Assembly: GCA_030704615.1 (NCBI GenBank)
Contig: CM060733.1
Coordinates: 61,938,001-62,002,000 of the forward strand
Direction of reading: 5' to 3'
DNA from: Takakia lepidozioides
Lineage: Eukaryota; Plantae; Bryophyta
DNA: 64,000 bases
Shown: positions 23,401 through 34,949 of the stretch, piece by piece
Layout: each line of letters starts with the position of its first letter
How positions within the stretch are numbered: the first letter of the stretch is position 1
Program-made: the position numbers and the translations under genes
Notes under the pieces: generated by a model
The model's database searches: none
What the model was told of the DNA's origin: nothing
The model's input: the letters and a program-made list of their open reading frames with translations, nothing else

Positions 23401-24263
23401 TAAAGGTCGCGGGTACATTGGTGAGCCCAAAAGGCATCACCAAGAACTCATATGAACCATATCTTGTCCTGCACGCAGTCTTCTCCTCATCTCCTTACGC
23501 CACTCGGATTTGATGGTAACCTAAGCGCAAATTGATCTGGCTGAAATACTTTACTCCTGCCAACTGATCAAAGAGACTGTCATTGATCCTTGGCAAAGGG
23601 TACCGATTTTTGATAGTCACCTTATTCAGAGCCCTGTAATGGACACACATCCGCAGCGTCCCAGCCTTCTTGTCTGCGAATAGCACCGGGGCTCCGTAAG
23701 GTGACTTACTCGGGCCGGATGTACCCCTTTGACATTAGATCCTTGAGCTGGGCCTTCAGCTCAACCAACTCTCTGTGGCTCAACCGGTAGGGCGCCTTGG
23801 CAGGTGGCTCCAATCCCGATATCACCTCTATTATGTGGTCAACTCCTCTTCGCGGTGGCAAGCCGCTTGGTAAATCCTCCAGCATCACATCCTGGTATTT
23901 CTCTAGGATCACCTTGATCCAATTTGGGCTTGGCTCCCTATCAACTTCTTCTTCCACTTGTCTTACGTAAAGCAAAAACTAGGGCTTGTGTGGCTCCTCC
24001 ACTGCCCACTCTTTTGTTGTTAGCAAGTTTATTCGCCCTCCCACTCAGTTGGGCGTTTCCGACATCCGTAAAACTTCGCCACCATTCCCACACGGTAGCG
24101 TGACTATTCTCTTGCGGCCATCTATGACCGCTCTGGATTTGCTCAAAAATATCATCCCCAAAATGAGATCCACTCCATCGATCTCGTTAATGGTGAAGTT
24201 CTCACGTCCCTCCCAACTCCCGAGCTGAAGAGGGACATCGAACGCCAACCTCTGGTGGTGCCA
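20438..24263 (-). mobile_element. Galadriel-like chromovirus remnant: protease C-terminus, RT, RNase H, integrase, chromodomain, partial 3' LTR (20438-21051)
   Basis: MPFGLTN, YIDD, HTDASDFAIGG, AYESKKLN..EKEM, TDNV..PKLSPK; the integrase and LTR are homologous to 5900-7984; several stops and frameshifts. Confidence 0.9.
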
Positions 24264-24264
24264 T

Positions 24265-25216
24265 CTCTTTCTGAGGCATCACGTCGTCAGGTGTTGGGGC
24301 AAGCAATGGATCTGAATTGCTTGACCTGGATCATCAGCCCGAGTATGGCTGAGCAGCGCAGGTTGCGGACAACTTCTCCCACTACACTTCCCTTGGTTCC
24401 CTGCCTACTGAGACAGTACAGGCAGTGAGTGTAGGCGAGCAGGTGAGGACCACGGGGTGTAGACATCCGTGGCACACGTGGGAGGTGCTCGAGGTTCAGA
24501 GGGAGTTGGCAGCCAAGGCGGCGGTGATGGATGAGGTTGGGGATTTTTCTCGGGTTGAGGAAGTCATCGAGGATGAGATGATGAGGCAGGATGAGGCCTT
24601 GTCACTGACAGAGCAGGCAGTGGTCACTACTCAAGAGGTTGCAACATAGCAACCACGGGACTCGTCTCCTATCTCTAAGCCCATTGGACTTAAGGTTGCA
24701 GTTACGGAGGACAATTGGGAGCCTGACATTGGACCCATTGTCACCGGAGGAGAGAGACGACGTGTACGGCGATTCCTGAGGGCTTACAGGAATTGCTTTG
24801 CCTTCAGTTTGAAGGACTTGGGAGCACTGAAGGGTCAGGTAATTCACATTGAGTTGACCACTGACACGCCAATCTTTCGGAGACCCTATAGATACAGTGA
24901 CATGGAGAGGTCTTTGATTCAGATGAGGACTCAAGACCTCTTGGAGGCAGGTTTGGTGGAGCTTTCTGGTGGAGAGTATGCTTCAGCCACAGTGATGCCA
25001 GCCAAGAAAGATGTCTATGGCAATTGGACGGAGAGACGTATGTGCGGTGATTACTGGCCTGTAAATCGTCAGATCAAGTCTGATAAGTATGCCATGCCCA
25101 CACCGGAGGAGATCTTTGATGCCACTGGGCATGCTATGGTCTTTAGCACTTTGGATTTACGATCCGGATATCACTAGTTGCCGATCAAGGAGGCAGACAA
25201 GCAAAAGACAACATTT
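24265..25216 (+). pseudogene. Fragment of a third Ty3-gypsy family (RT N-terminal part)
   Basis: HIELTTDTPIFRRPYR...RMCGDY..VN...FSTLDLRSGYH*LPI...KTTF; truncated at 25216. Confidence 0.82.
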
Positions 25217-26082
25217 TGACTATTGATGACTTTATTCATGCACCGGCGTTGAGCGTGAACGAGCTGCACAAACTCCTCCTTAGGGATTCCAGAAATCATT
25301 GATGGGGCAAAGGGAATCCTCCATATGGATATTGCATTTTCATGTATCAGATTTTTTTTTGCAGTGTAATGAAATGCACCCCAAAACACCTGGAATGAGG
25401 CAATATTCCATTCAAATTGAGATCCAACAGCAGTTGTGGGGCCATTTCTGGAAAAATGGCGCCGAATTTCTCTATTTTGGGCCGAAAACTGGCTAAGTCC
25501 CAACATGCACTGATACCCGTGTCTGGAAAAATGGCGCCGAATTTCCCTATTTTGCGCCGAAAACTGGCTAAATCCGAACATGCACTGGAAAAATGGCGCC
25601 GAATTTCCAGTTACATGGCCCAGAACTGCCCAACATCTGTGCAATCCCCGGCACCATGTACTGAAATTTGGCGCCACATTTCCAAATTTTGGGCTTACAC
25701 ACCTGTCATGAGGGGACCTATAGCCGCGGAATTCGGCACCATTTTTTGCCAGAGAGACCTATTATCGCGAAATACGTCGCGGTTTTTTCCGGTTACGGAC
25801 CCTATTACCGCGAAATTTGGCGCCATTTTTGCACATGTCGTTGGGAATTGGCATGAGCGGAAGACGAAATATGATGAGCACAACTCTCAAAACTACAATT
25901 TTCCCTTCAAGGTGCCGAATAATATATTTGTTTTTTCTGACACATTGCATTAAATTAATGTTTTATAATGTTTTATAATGTTTTTTATTTTCGAAATTTG
26001 TACTTCTGCTCATGAAAACTGATTGTCTTGCTACTCCGCTCATGCCGCTCATGTCGCTCATGCTCATGAAATAGCTAATCTC
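25217..26082 (+). mobile_element. Second, truncated right end of M1 (last transposase codons, subterminal array, terminus)
   Basis: Near-identical to 12861-13732; ends ...GAAATAGCTAATCTC. Confidence 0.9.
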
Positions 26083-29000
26083 GCTCTTCATATAGTGAAG
26101 GTGGACTGACAGGGCAACACCAGTCTAAGAGACAGAGACGGGGTATGACTATAGTGGCGGATCCACTGGCTTCACGGAAACCGCACGATAATGTTTCCCA
26201 AGCTCTTGTGCAGGATGGGGCACAACAGCACAGAGAGCTGTTATTATTGGAAGCACGGCCTTCGGAAAGGGAAGAAGAAGTCACTTCGATACCACAACCA
26301 CCACAACCAATTGACTCAGTTGTTTTAGAGGTTCCACAGTTACTACATGCTGTGACATCACCCCCAATTGCTCTGGAAGGAGAAAGGTTGGACATTCCCA
26401 CTACAGAGCAGGTCGTGGCCGAAATTGAAAAGGGTGACCTTCTCTATGAAAACTCTGGCTTGGTAAGGGAATCAGTGGTTCCAGAGGTGTAGCGGTTGTC
26501 CAGGGAAAACCCTGATGTGCATGTAATACCCACACCTGTGATGGAGGTACCAGGGGTAGAATATCAAGACACTGTAGCACCTGTGGCAGATGAGGTGGTT
26601 CAGGAAGAGAATCTGGTGGGGCAATGGCCTGAATGGTTGGTGAGGCATCACACTGTGGAGGATCAGGGAGAACAGCAACAAGTTCACCATGATGACCCTC
26701 AGTAGGCCATGCTTATGAGTTCCATAAGCAGAACACTTAATTTGTTGGGCACTTATGTGAAATCCCATGATCCATCTACCCAATTGGCAGCTTTGAGGGA
26801 GGAACTTAGGAAGGAATTTGAGGCTTGAATTGCCACTGAGTGTGTTAACAAGGTAGATGAGGAGGTCAATCTCAAGTTACAGCAAAAGTTGGAGGACACA
26901 AAGGCTGCTTTGCAGTTGGCCAAGGGACATTTGATTGAAGCAGGCCTCGAGCAGGACCAGTTGCATGAAGCACATAAGCAACAGTTATACCAAATGCAGG
27001 TGAAGCATGAGAACAAGTTGGTTGCAGGCAGTACATGAAAAGATGACCATACAATGTGCTACACTCACAACTATTCTTGAGCAAACTGCATTAGAAGTTA
27101 ACAGACAAGGGGAGAGATGTATGAAGGCAGAAGCAGAGATAATAGAGCAAGCGAAACTCATTGTTGATATGAAGAATACAATCTGTCGCAATGAGAATAC
27201 TTTCAAACAATACAGACAAGTTGAGGCTGACCAAGAGAGGTGCATCCTGGAGTTGCAACAAACAGTCATGATCAATAAAAATGAACTCTCTGTGGCTAAC
27301 AAGGCTCGGAAGGAAGCCAATAATCTGGCTGCTGCCTATGCGAGTTTGGTTGAACCTCATGCGAAGCGCATGGAGGCTTTACAGCAGCAGTTAGATGTGT
27401 ACAGACTCACGGAGGAGCAGACTCTCAGGGGTGCCACACACGACTTGGTGGATAACCACCTTATGCAGGTCTGGTTAGCACAAGGGCCGGTGGAAGGCAA
27501 AGCACCACGGAAGCTCACCCAAGGCGAGATGAATGAGCTCAGACTGCAGGTGCAGATCATTGCCACAACTACTATAGACAATGTCTATAGTAGAATAGCG
27601 GAGCTACAGGAGGATGTAGAAGGCCTGCAGACTCAGGTGGATGACCTGAGTTCAAATATTGACAAGAGAGTCTTTGTACCTGAGGAGCAACTGATGGCTA
27701 CTTATTTACATGCAATGACTCTAATTTTTCAGTCTTCTTCGCAAGGGGTGCAAGAGATGCCAGTGGTAGAAGGGCCAGTGGTACCAATACCACAGCAAGT
27801 GATTGTGCAGGTAGCTGACCCTGTTGTTACTACAGCCACACCACAGCCTGAGGTATGGGGGGATGCTGCTTTTAACCCACCTCGGACTCCTGCTGCACGG
27901 GAGTACAGTCGGGCTATGATTATGCCATTCAACCAAATTCCCATTGTGTTGGATTTGGCTTGGAAGGAATTTAGTCCTCCGCAATCGTTGGCACATTACT
28001 ACCAAATCATGCGCATTTGGCTGCCAGTGGCAACTAGGACTAAGGTTCTTCCGAACAATCGACCCATTGAGGATCATCCCTTTGCGAGGTACTGGTCTGA
28101 AGCAAGTACCATGTTGAAGGAATTAATTGCCTTCCAAGTTGTACATGGGTACATTTATACCAAGACTAAGGAGGTATCAAGTATTGTCATGGGTTGTGGA
28201 TTATACTATGCTGCTTGTTTTCTGGTACGTTATCACATTGAGCAACAGAGGATGCAATCCCGATTTTTGAGTTATTCCAGTGGGGATCATTGGGTCTTAC
28301 CTTCAGTGTCACCTCATATTTACCTATATGATGCAAAAGTTATGATGTAGAAGGATTCCCAACTTCGCTCATGGTTTCATTCGGCTTGGAACAATTTGAC
28401 AACACAGAAATTTGGCCCTGAGGATATTTTCTTTAAGGGAGATGAGGCATGGAAATACTTGCACTGTTCCAAAGTCATTGGCACACCTCTTATCTATACG
28501 GATAAGGAGTTCAGGGTGTTCACTAATTTTGCCATTAAGCGCTTACAACAAGTTGTACAGTTTAAACTTCCAGACATGGTGGGACCACATTGTATGCCAC
28601 ACAGGATTCCAGTTAAAGTTCGGCCGTTAAAACACCTCAGGGGGGACGAGGATTCTGATACTACTGTTTTTTCTGCGGACTCTTTTGACATGGCTGAAGA
28701 CTATGCACTTCAGATGGCAGAAAAGAAATGACGGGGATTTCCTATGCCTGAGAGATTACCTCGTTATCAGCCAAAGCAGGTAGTGCTCAATCATCTCCAT
28801 CAGCCAGTGACAGGACTCGGGCTCGCACACGGAGTCCTTCACGGGACTCTCACCGTCAAAATGGTGCTCGCTCACAAAGGTTTGCTAATCCCAAACAGTA
28901 AACCGTGAGGACACGGTTTTTTCAGAAGGATGGGTAAATGTTAGAGGGCTGCTTGGGACTTAGACGTTTTTTATAGGTTCTGTAGGGTACCCTTAATTTT

Positions 29001-29333
29001 TGCGCAGACTGAGACTAACATGAGCTTTAGGGGTGGCAGCAGCAGGCTTTAGGGGAGTCACACAACCCAGCACAACTTCGCACAGCCAGTCACAGCTTTG
29101 CACAGCCAGTCACAGCCGGCACAGCCCGACACAGCTTCAAACAGCCCGACACAGCCTAACACAGCCAGTCACAGCTCAGCACAGCTTGACACAACCTGTC
29201 ATAGTACATAAGGAACAGTTATCATTAACAGGGAACGACTATGAGGGAACAACATCTGCAAAGGGAACGGGTTACTTCAGGAATGACGGTTAGTTAGTTA
29301 GGTGGTTAGAACAGCTTGTGGGTAGATAAGGAG

Positions 29334-30233
29334 TGTCGCGCGGCTTTTACTCACCCATCCCTTCGCTATCCGAGGCGGAAACTCCAAGATAGAAGAGTTG
29401 GAAATCTCTAAGTACTCAGCCCGCGCAGAACAATCAGTCATGACCTACAGCTAGTGTATCATGGGGGTGTTTCCTATTTGTTTCCTTTTCCGCATTCATC
29501 TTTGCTACCTTACCATTGATAATTAAGTATCAGTTTGCTTCATCAATTTATCGGTTTCCTTAACTCCTCCATTCAATCCACAACTTCACTCAGATCTCTC
29601 TACACAGTGTGATTGTATCGTATAAGTATCAGATTATGATTTATCAGGTATCAGGCCGAATCCATTATGTCTCTAATCTACTCTACAATATCACTCTAGC
29701 TTTGCATATGACAAGCTTCTACTAATCCTCTTTTCTCCTTCATGTGCTCTCCGATCTCCGCTCCCGCCTGTCTCCGAAGTCCTCCCCGAATAATGATCCC
29801 AATCATATTCCCCGTTCTTCTCTTTATCCTCCTATCCGCGGTTCTAACCGTTTCCCTCTCTAACCGTCGTATGTGAACTAACATGTTCCCTTCACTGGTG
29901 TTGTTCCCCACAGTCGTTCCCTGTCCTACTCTTCATTCCCTATTATCGTGACAGCTGTGTCAAGCGGTGACTGGCTGTGTTTGGCTGTGTTGGGCTGTGT
30001 CTGCTGTGACGACTGTGACGGGCTGTGTGGGCTGTGTGGGCTGTGACGGGCTGTGTTGGCTGTGTGGGCTGTGTGGGCTGTGACGACTGTGACGGGCTGT
30101 GTTGGCTGTGTAACCCCCTTCTACCGTGCGCTGCTGTCACCCCTAAGGTTCATGTTTGTCTCAGTCTGTGCAAAAATTAAGGGTACCCTACAGATCCCGT
30201 ATAAGTGTCTAAGTCCCCTACAGTCCTCTAACA
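29334..30233 (-). repeat. 3' LTR of C4 (900 bp)
   Basis: TG..CA ends; PPT GAGGGGGGAAGGGG lies immediately upstream on - strand (30236-30250). Confidence 0.95.
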
Positions 30234-30271
30234 TTACCCCTTCCCCCCTCAAAAAGCCGTGTCCTCACGGT

Positions 30272-33200
30272 TTACTGTTTCCGAGTAGCAACCCTTTGTG
30301 AGTGAGCACCTTGTTGACGTTGAGAGTTTCGTGGTGGGCTGTGTGTACGAGCCCGAGGTCTGTCTCTGGTTGATGGAGATGGTTGATCACTACCTGGATA
30401 AGTGAGGCCTTCTGGAGGTTGATATCGAGGTAATCTTTCCGGCATAGGAGATCCCCTTTGTTTCTTTTCTTCCATCTGAATTGCATAGTCTTCTCCCATG
30501 TCAAAAGAATTTTGTGAAGAAACAGTTGTATCAGAATCCTCATCGCCTCTCAGGTGTTTTAATTTTCGAACTTTTTGTGGAATCATCTGGGGCATACAAT
30601 GCTGTCCTACCATGTCTGGAAGTTTGCATTTTACAACCTGGTGTAACCTTTGAACAGCAAAATTGGTGTAGACACTGAGCTCCTTGTCTGTCCAGATGAG
30701 TGGGGTACCAATTACTGGTGCCGCGTGCAAGTATTTCCATGCGATATGTCCCTTATAGAAAATGTCATCAAGTCCGAATTTCTGTGTTGACAAATTGTTG
30801 CAGGCTGCTTGAAACCATGAACGAATTTGAGAATCCTTTTGTATCATAAGTTTTGGGTCATATAGGTACATATGAGGTGGCACCGAAGGTAATACCCAAT
30901 GATCTCCACTGGAGTAACTTTGAAAGCGTGCTTGCATCTTTTGTTGCTCTATGTGGTAACGTATCAGGAAACAAGCAGCGTAGTATAGCCCGCACCCCAT
31001 GACAATACTTGCTATCTCCTTGGTCTTGGTATAAATGAGTCCATGTACAACCTGGAAAGCAACCAATTCCCTCAACATGGTACCTGCCTCGTGCCAGTAT
31101 TGTGCAAAGTGATGATCTTCAATATGTCGATTGTTTGGAAGAACTTTAGTCCTGGTTGCCACTGGCAGCCAGATACGCATTATTTGGTAGTAATGTGCGA
31201 ATGACTGCGGAGGACTAAATTCTTTCCAAGCCAAATCCAACATGATGGGAATTTGGTTGAAGGGCATAATCATAGCCCTACTGTACTCCCTGGCAGCTGG
31301 AGTTTTAGGTGGGTTAAAAGCTGCATTGCCCCATACCTCCGGCTGTGGTGGCTGTGGTGTGGTTGTAGTAACCACAGGTTCAGCTACTGGTACACTGACC
31401 TGTTGTGGTGGTGGTGGTACTGGTTCCTGTACCATTGGCATCTCCTGCACCTCGTGTGAAGACTGAAAAGCCAGAGTTCTGGCTTGCAAATAAGAAGCCA
31501 TTAGCTGTTCCTGAGGGATATAGACTCTTTGGTCGATGTTTGAAGTGAGGTCTTCCACTTGAGTCTGGAGTCCGTCTACATCCTCTTGTAACTCTGCTAT
31601 CCTACTATAGACATTGTCTATAGTAGTTGTGGCAATGTTCTGCACCTGTAGTCTGAGCTCATTCATCTCGCTTTGGGTGAGCTTCCGTGGGCTTTTGCCC
31701 TCTACTGGCCCTTGTGCTAACCAGACCTGCATAAGGCTGTTATCCACCAAGCTGCTTGTGGTTCCCCTGAGAGTTTGCTCCTCTCTTAGCTTATACAATT
31801 CCAACTGCTGTTGTAAAGCCTTCATGCGCTTCGCCTGTGGCTCAACCAATTGCGCATAGGCAGCAAGTAGATTATTGGCTTCTTTCGAAGCCTTGTTACT
31901 GACCGCGATTTCATTTCTATTGGCCACGATGGTTTGTTGCAACTCCACGATGTATTTCTCATTCTCAGCTTCTATCTGCCTGTATTGCTTGAAAGTATCT
32001 TCATTGCGACAGATTGTATTCTTCATATCGACAATGAGTTTCATGTGCTCCACATTCTCTTCTTCTGCCTTCGTACATTTTTCCGCTTGACTGTTTATTT
32101 CTTTTGTTGATTGGTCAAGCATAGTTGTAAATGTAGCGCATTGTATCTCCATCCTGTTATGCACTGTCTGCAACTCCGTATGTAGTGCATTCAGTTCTTG
32201 CAACTTGCTTTCATGCTGCACCTGCATTTGGTATAGCTGTTGCTTATGTTCTTCGTGCAACTGGTCTTGCGCAAGGCCTGCCTCAATCAATTGTTGCTTG
32301 GCCAATTGCAAAGCCATTTCTGTATTGGCCAAGTCCTGCTTCATCTTGAGAGTGACCTCTTCATCAACCTTGTTTGAACACTCAGTGGCAAGTCGAGCCT
32401 CAAACTCCTTCCTAAGTTCTTCTTTCAAGGCTGTCAATTGGCTAATTGGAACATGGGTTTTGACATAAGTCCCCAACAAATTAAGTGTCCTGCCTATGGA
32501 ATTCATCAGCATTGCCTGTTGAGGGTCATCATGGTGAGGTTGCTGCTGTTCCTCCCGATCTTCAACAGTATGATGTCTCACTAACCATTCAGACCATTGT
32601 CCCACCGGATTTTCTTCCTGAACTACTTCATTTATGACCGGTGCTACAGTGTCATGGCCTTCCGCCTGTGGTACCTCCGACACAGGTGTGTGCATTATAT
32701 GTACCTCAGGATTTTTCTTGGGCAACTGTTGCACCTCTGGGATTTCTGTCTGCTTGACCAGACCAGAATATTCATAGAGAAGGTCCCCTTTCTCTATTTC
32801 CGCCACTATCTGTTCTGTAGTTGGAATATCTATCCCTTCACTTTCCAAATCTATTATTTCGGGTTGAGCTTCATGGATAACTTGTGACCTTGTGACAAGT
32901 CGTTCAAGTGGCTGTGTTGGTTGTGATGCAGAAGTAACTTCTTCCTCCCTCTCTGAAGGTCCTGCTTCCAGTAATAACATTCTTTTGTGCTGCTGTGCCC
33001 CTCCCTGGTCATGAGCTTGGGAAACATTATCATGCGGAATCCGTGAAGCCAGTGGATCCGCCACTACAGTCTTTCCCCTTCTCTGCCTCTTAGTCTCGGG
33101 TTGTGCGGCCAGTCCACCCTCACTGTGTGAAGAGCCTTGCTCTTCCATTGCAGTTGTTTCTGGCTCAAACACTCCCATTTCCTTCCTTTCTTGTGCATTA

Positions 33201-34486
33201 AGTATGCCAGAACTAAGGATTATTTGAGCAATGATTGGGCCAGACACTATGATAGGAGATTTTGCGGTAGTACCTTGTAATCTTTTCATCTCCTCTACCA
33301 GTGCGTTGTACATTATGTCCGCCCATGGTACCTCTTGTCCCTTCAAGCCTTTGAGGATTTCCTCTGTGAAGGATCTGCTCAAATATTGTTGGTTCTGTTT
33401 CAGGGCAATCAGAACGTTCAATACTTGGCCTATGTCTTTTAACCCTGGGTACACAGCTTTGGTACAAGCATAACCCTGAGTTTTAAAGAAACTCCCTTCT
33501 TGGAATAAATCCCCTATTTGCAGTCTTTCTCTGTGTTCCTCCACATACACATGACCTTCTGGCAATTGAAACAATTGCTGGAGGTATAGGGGAGTAATCA
33601 TTAATTCAACTCCCTTCACCGTTGTTGTTCCTGTCTTTGGCTCAAAGTTCTGCAAAAATTGTAACATGTACTGTCTATGGTGTAGTGTCCAATCCATGCT
33701 TTGCAATCCTTCCAATCTCAACTCCTTCAGTATCTTTATCGCCTGTGGGGTAGCCATCGTTTGTTTTTGCAGAATTGTGGTGCTCTTCACCCTGATTTCC
33801 TCCATTCCTCTCACTCTCTTCATCTTAGACTCACAGAACTGCTTTGGCTGTAACAACTGCAGGAATGCCTGTAGTGCACAAAGCAGAAACGTATGGTTGC
33901 CGCAGAAAGCTATGGGTAATCTCTTGTAAGCCTGCGGGGCTTGCAAGCATTGTTCAAGAGAAAAGCTCTGCTCTTTCGTTTCGTGTCTCCGCCATTGCGT
34001 AAGTAATATTGCGAGCGTATAGTCTGTTAGCTCCTTCATAGTTTCCAAGTTATAGCATTTATGGCCTGTCCTGTCGAGACGCCCGTTACTCAGAACGACG
34101 TCGCCTCTTGCGCTTAATTTCCCTCCATTTTCTTGATCATTTCTCTGGTTTTCTATTGGCTGTATCAGCTGTGACTGGATTTTAACTTTTATCTTCTTTA
34201 GTGGACTTTCCCTGTTGGATAGTCCACTAGGATCACACATGCGATATGAATTCAGTTTTTCTGTACTTGCCGTTCGTTCTGTTTCCCTTTTTCCGTATTC
34301 ATTAATGGGCCCGCCTTTCATCCCTTTTGACGGCCGTTCCAGTCCTCTTTCTTTTTGACACCTGTCCTTGCACTTCATTCTCTGCTGTGTGTCGCACCCT
34401 GACCTCCACGTGTCTATTTTTAAATTAATTTCCGTTTCTTCTTCCTTCAGCCATTTTCCTGAAGTTTTTATGTGTCCACTTGTCAC
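30272..34486 (-). CDS. Extra 3' ORF of C4 (env-position ORF): Athila ORF/Transposase_32-like domain, long coiled coil, basic R/S-rich tail
   Basis: Uninterrupted 1404 codons; YMLQFLQNF..TVKGVELMITP..LQQLFQLP..GQEVPWADIM..GPIIAQII resembles the Athila 3' ORF pattern; heptad-rich E/Q/L region; homologous in C2, C3 and C5. True start uncertain. Confidence 0.8.
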   Translation of the reverse strand: MTSGHIKTSGKWLKEEETEINLKIDTWRSGCDTQQRMKCKDRCQKERGLERPSKGMKGGPINEYGKRETERTASTEKLNSYRMCDPSGLSNRESPLKKIKVKIQSQLIQPIENQRNDQENGGKLSARGDVVLSNGRLDRTGHKCYNLETMKELTDYTLAILLTQWRRHETKEQSFSLEQCLQAPQAYKRLPIAFCGNHTFLLCALQAFLQLLQPKQFCESKMKRVRGMEEIRVKSTTILQKQTMATPQAIKILKELRLEGLQSMDWTLHHRQYMLQFLQNFEPKTGTTTVKGVELMITPLYLQQLFQLPEGHVYVEEHRERLQIGDLFQEGSFFKTQGYACTKAVYPGLKDIGQVLNVLIALKQNQQYLSRSFTEEILKGLKGQEVPWADIMYNALVEEMKRLQGTTAKSPIIVSGPIIAQIILSSGILNAQERKEMGVFEPETTAMEEQGSSHSEGGLAAQPETKRQRRGKTVVADPLASRIPHDNVSQAHDQGGAQQHKRMLLLEAGPSEREEEVTSASQPTQPLERLVTRSQVIHEAQPEIIDLESEGIDIPTTEQIVAEIEKGDLLYEYSGLVKQTEIPEVQQLPKKNPEVHIMHTPVSEVPQAEGHDTVAPVINEVVQEENPVGQWSEWLVRHHTVEDREEQQQPHHDDPQQAMLMNSIGRTLNLLGTYVKTHVPISQLTALKEELRKEFEARLATECSNKVDEEVTLKMKQDLANTEMALQLAKQQLIEAGLAQDQLHEEHKQQLYQMQVQHESKLQELNALHTELQTVHNRMEIQCATFTTMLDQSTKEINSQAEKCTKAEEENVEHMKLIVDMKNTICRNEDTFKQYRQIEAENEKYIVELQQTIVANRNEIAVSNKASKEANNLLAAYAQLVEPQAKRMKALQQQLELYKLREEQTLRGTTSSLVDNSLMQVWLAQGPVEGKSPRKLTQSEMNELRLQVQNIATTTIDNVYSRIAELQEDVDGLQTQVEDLTSNIDQRVYIPQEQLMASYLQARTLAFQSSHEVQEMPMVQEPVPPPPQQVSVPVAEPVVTTTTPQPPQPEVWGNAAFNPPKTPAAREYSRAMIMPFNQIPIMLDLAWKEFSPPQSFAHYYQIMRIWLPVATRTKVLPNNRHIEDHHFAQYWHEAGTMLRELVAFQVVHGLIYTKTKEIASIVMGCGLYYAACFLIRYHIEQQKMQARFQSYSSGDHWVLPSVPPHMYLYDPKLMIQKDSQIRSWFQAACNNLSTQKFGLDDIFYKGHIAWKYLHAAPVIGTPLIWTDKELSVYTNFAVQRLHQVVKCKLPDMVGQHCMPQMIPQKVRKLKHLRGDEDSDTTVSSQNSFDMGEDYAIQMEEKKQRGSPMPERLPRYQPPEGLTYPGSDQPSPSTRDRPRARTHSPPRNSQRQQGAHSQRVATRKQ

Positions 34487-34509
34487 TGATTCTATGGATC
34501 GTGTAACTT

Positions 34510-34945
34510 TAGTAGGCTGTGTTGAGCTGTGACAGGCTGTGTCATACTGTGTTACGCTGTGATAGGCTGTGTTGCACTGTGGTAAGCTGTGATAGGCTGT
34601 GACACGCTGCGATAGGTTGTGATAGGCTGTGTCACGCCGTGCCGGACTGTGATAGGCTGTGTCACGCCGTGCTGGGCTGTGATAGGCTGTGTCATGCCGT
34701 GATGGGCTGTGATAGGCTGTGTCATGCCGTGGATGGGCTGTGATAGGCTGTGTTGGCGCCTTGCTGGGCTGTGATAGGCTGTATCATGCCGTGATGGTGC
34801 GTGATAGGCTGCTGTTTGCGCCTTGCTGGGCTGTGATAGTGTTGTGTCATGCCGTGATGGGCTGTGATAGGCTGTGTGTTGCGCCTTGCTGGGCTGTGAT
34901 AGGCTGTGTCATGCCGTGATGGGCTGTATGATGGGCTGTGTCACG
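34510..34945. repeat. Internal tandem array (CTGTGATAGG/CACAG-rich, ~30-bp units) between integrase and the 3' ORF
   Basis: Directly visible repeats of gctgtgataggctgtgtca(c/t)gccgtg. Confidence 0.9.
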
Positions 34946-34949
34946 TTTG

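Noticed and set aside
33869-34486. First ~200 codons of the 1404-aa ORF as true N-terminus
   Set aside because: Non-ATG start, no recognisable domain, and it lies upstream of a good splice acceptor; it may be open by chance. Left unresolved.
30272-34486. True retroviral envelope gene
   Set aside because: No evident signal peptide, fusion peptide or transmembrane anchor; mostly coiled coil.
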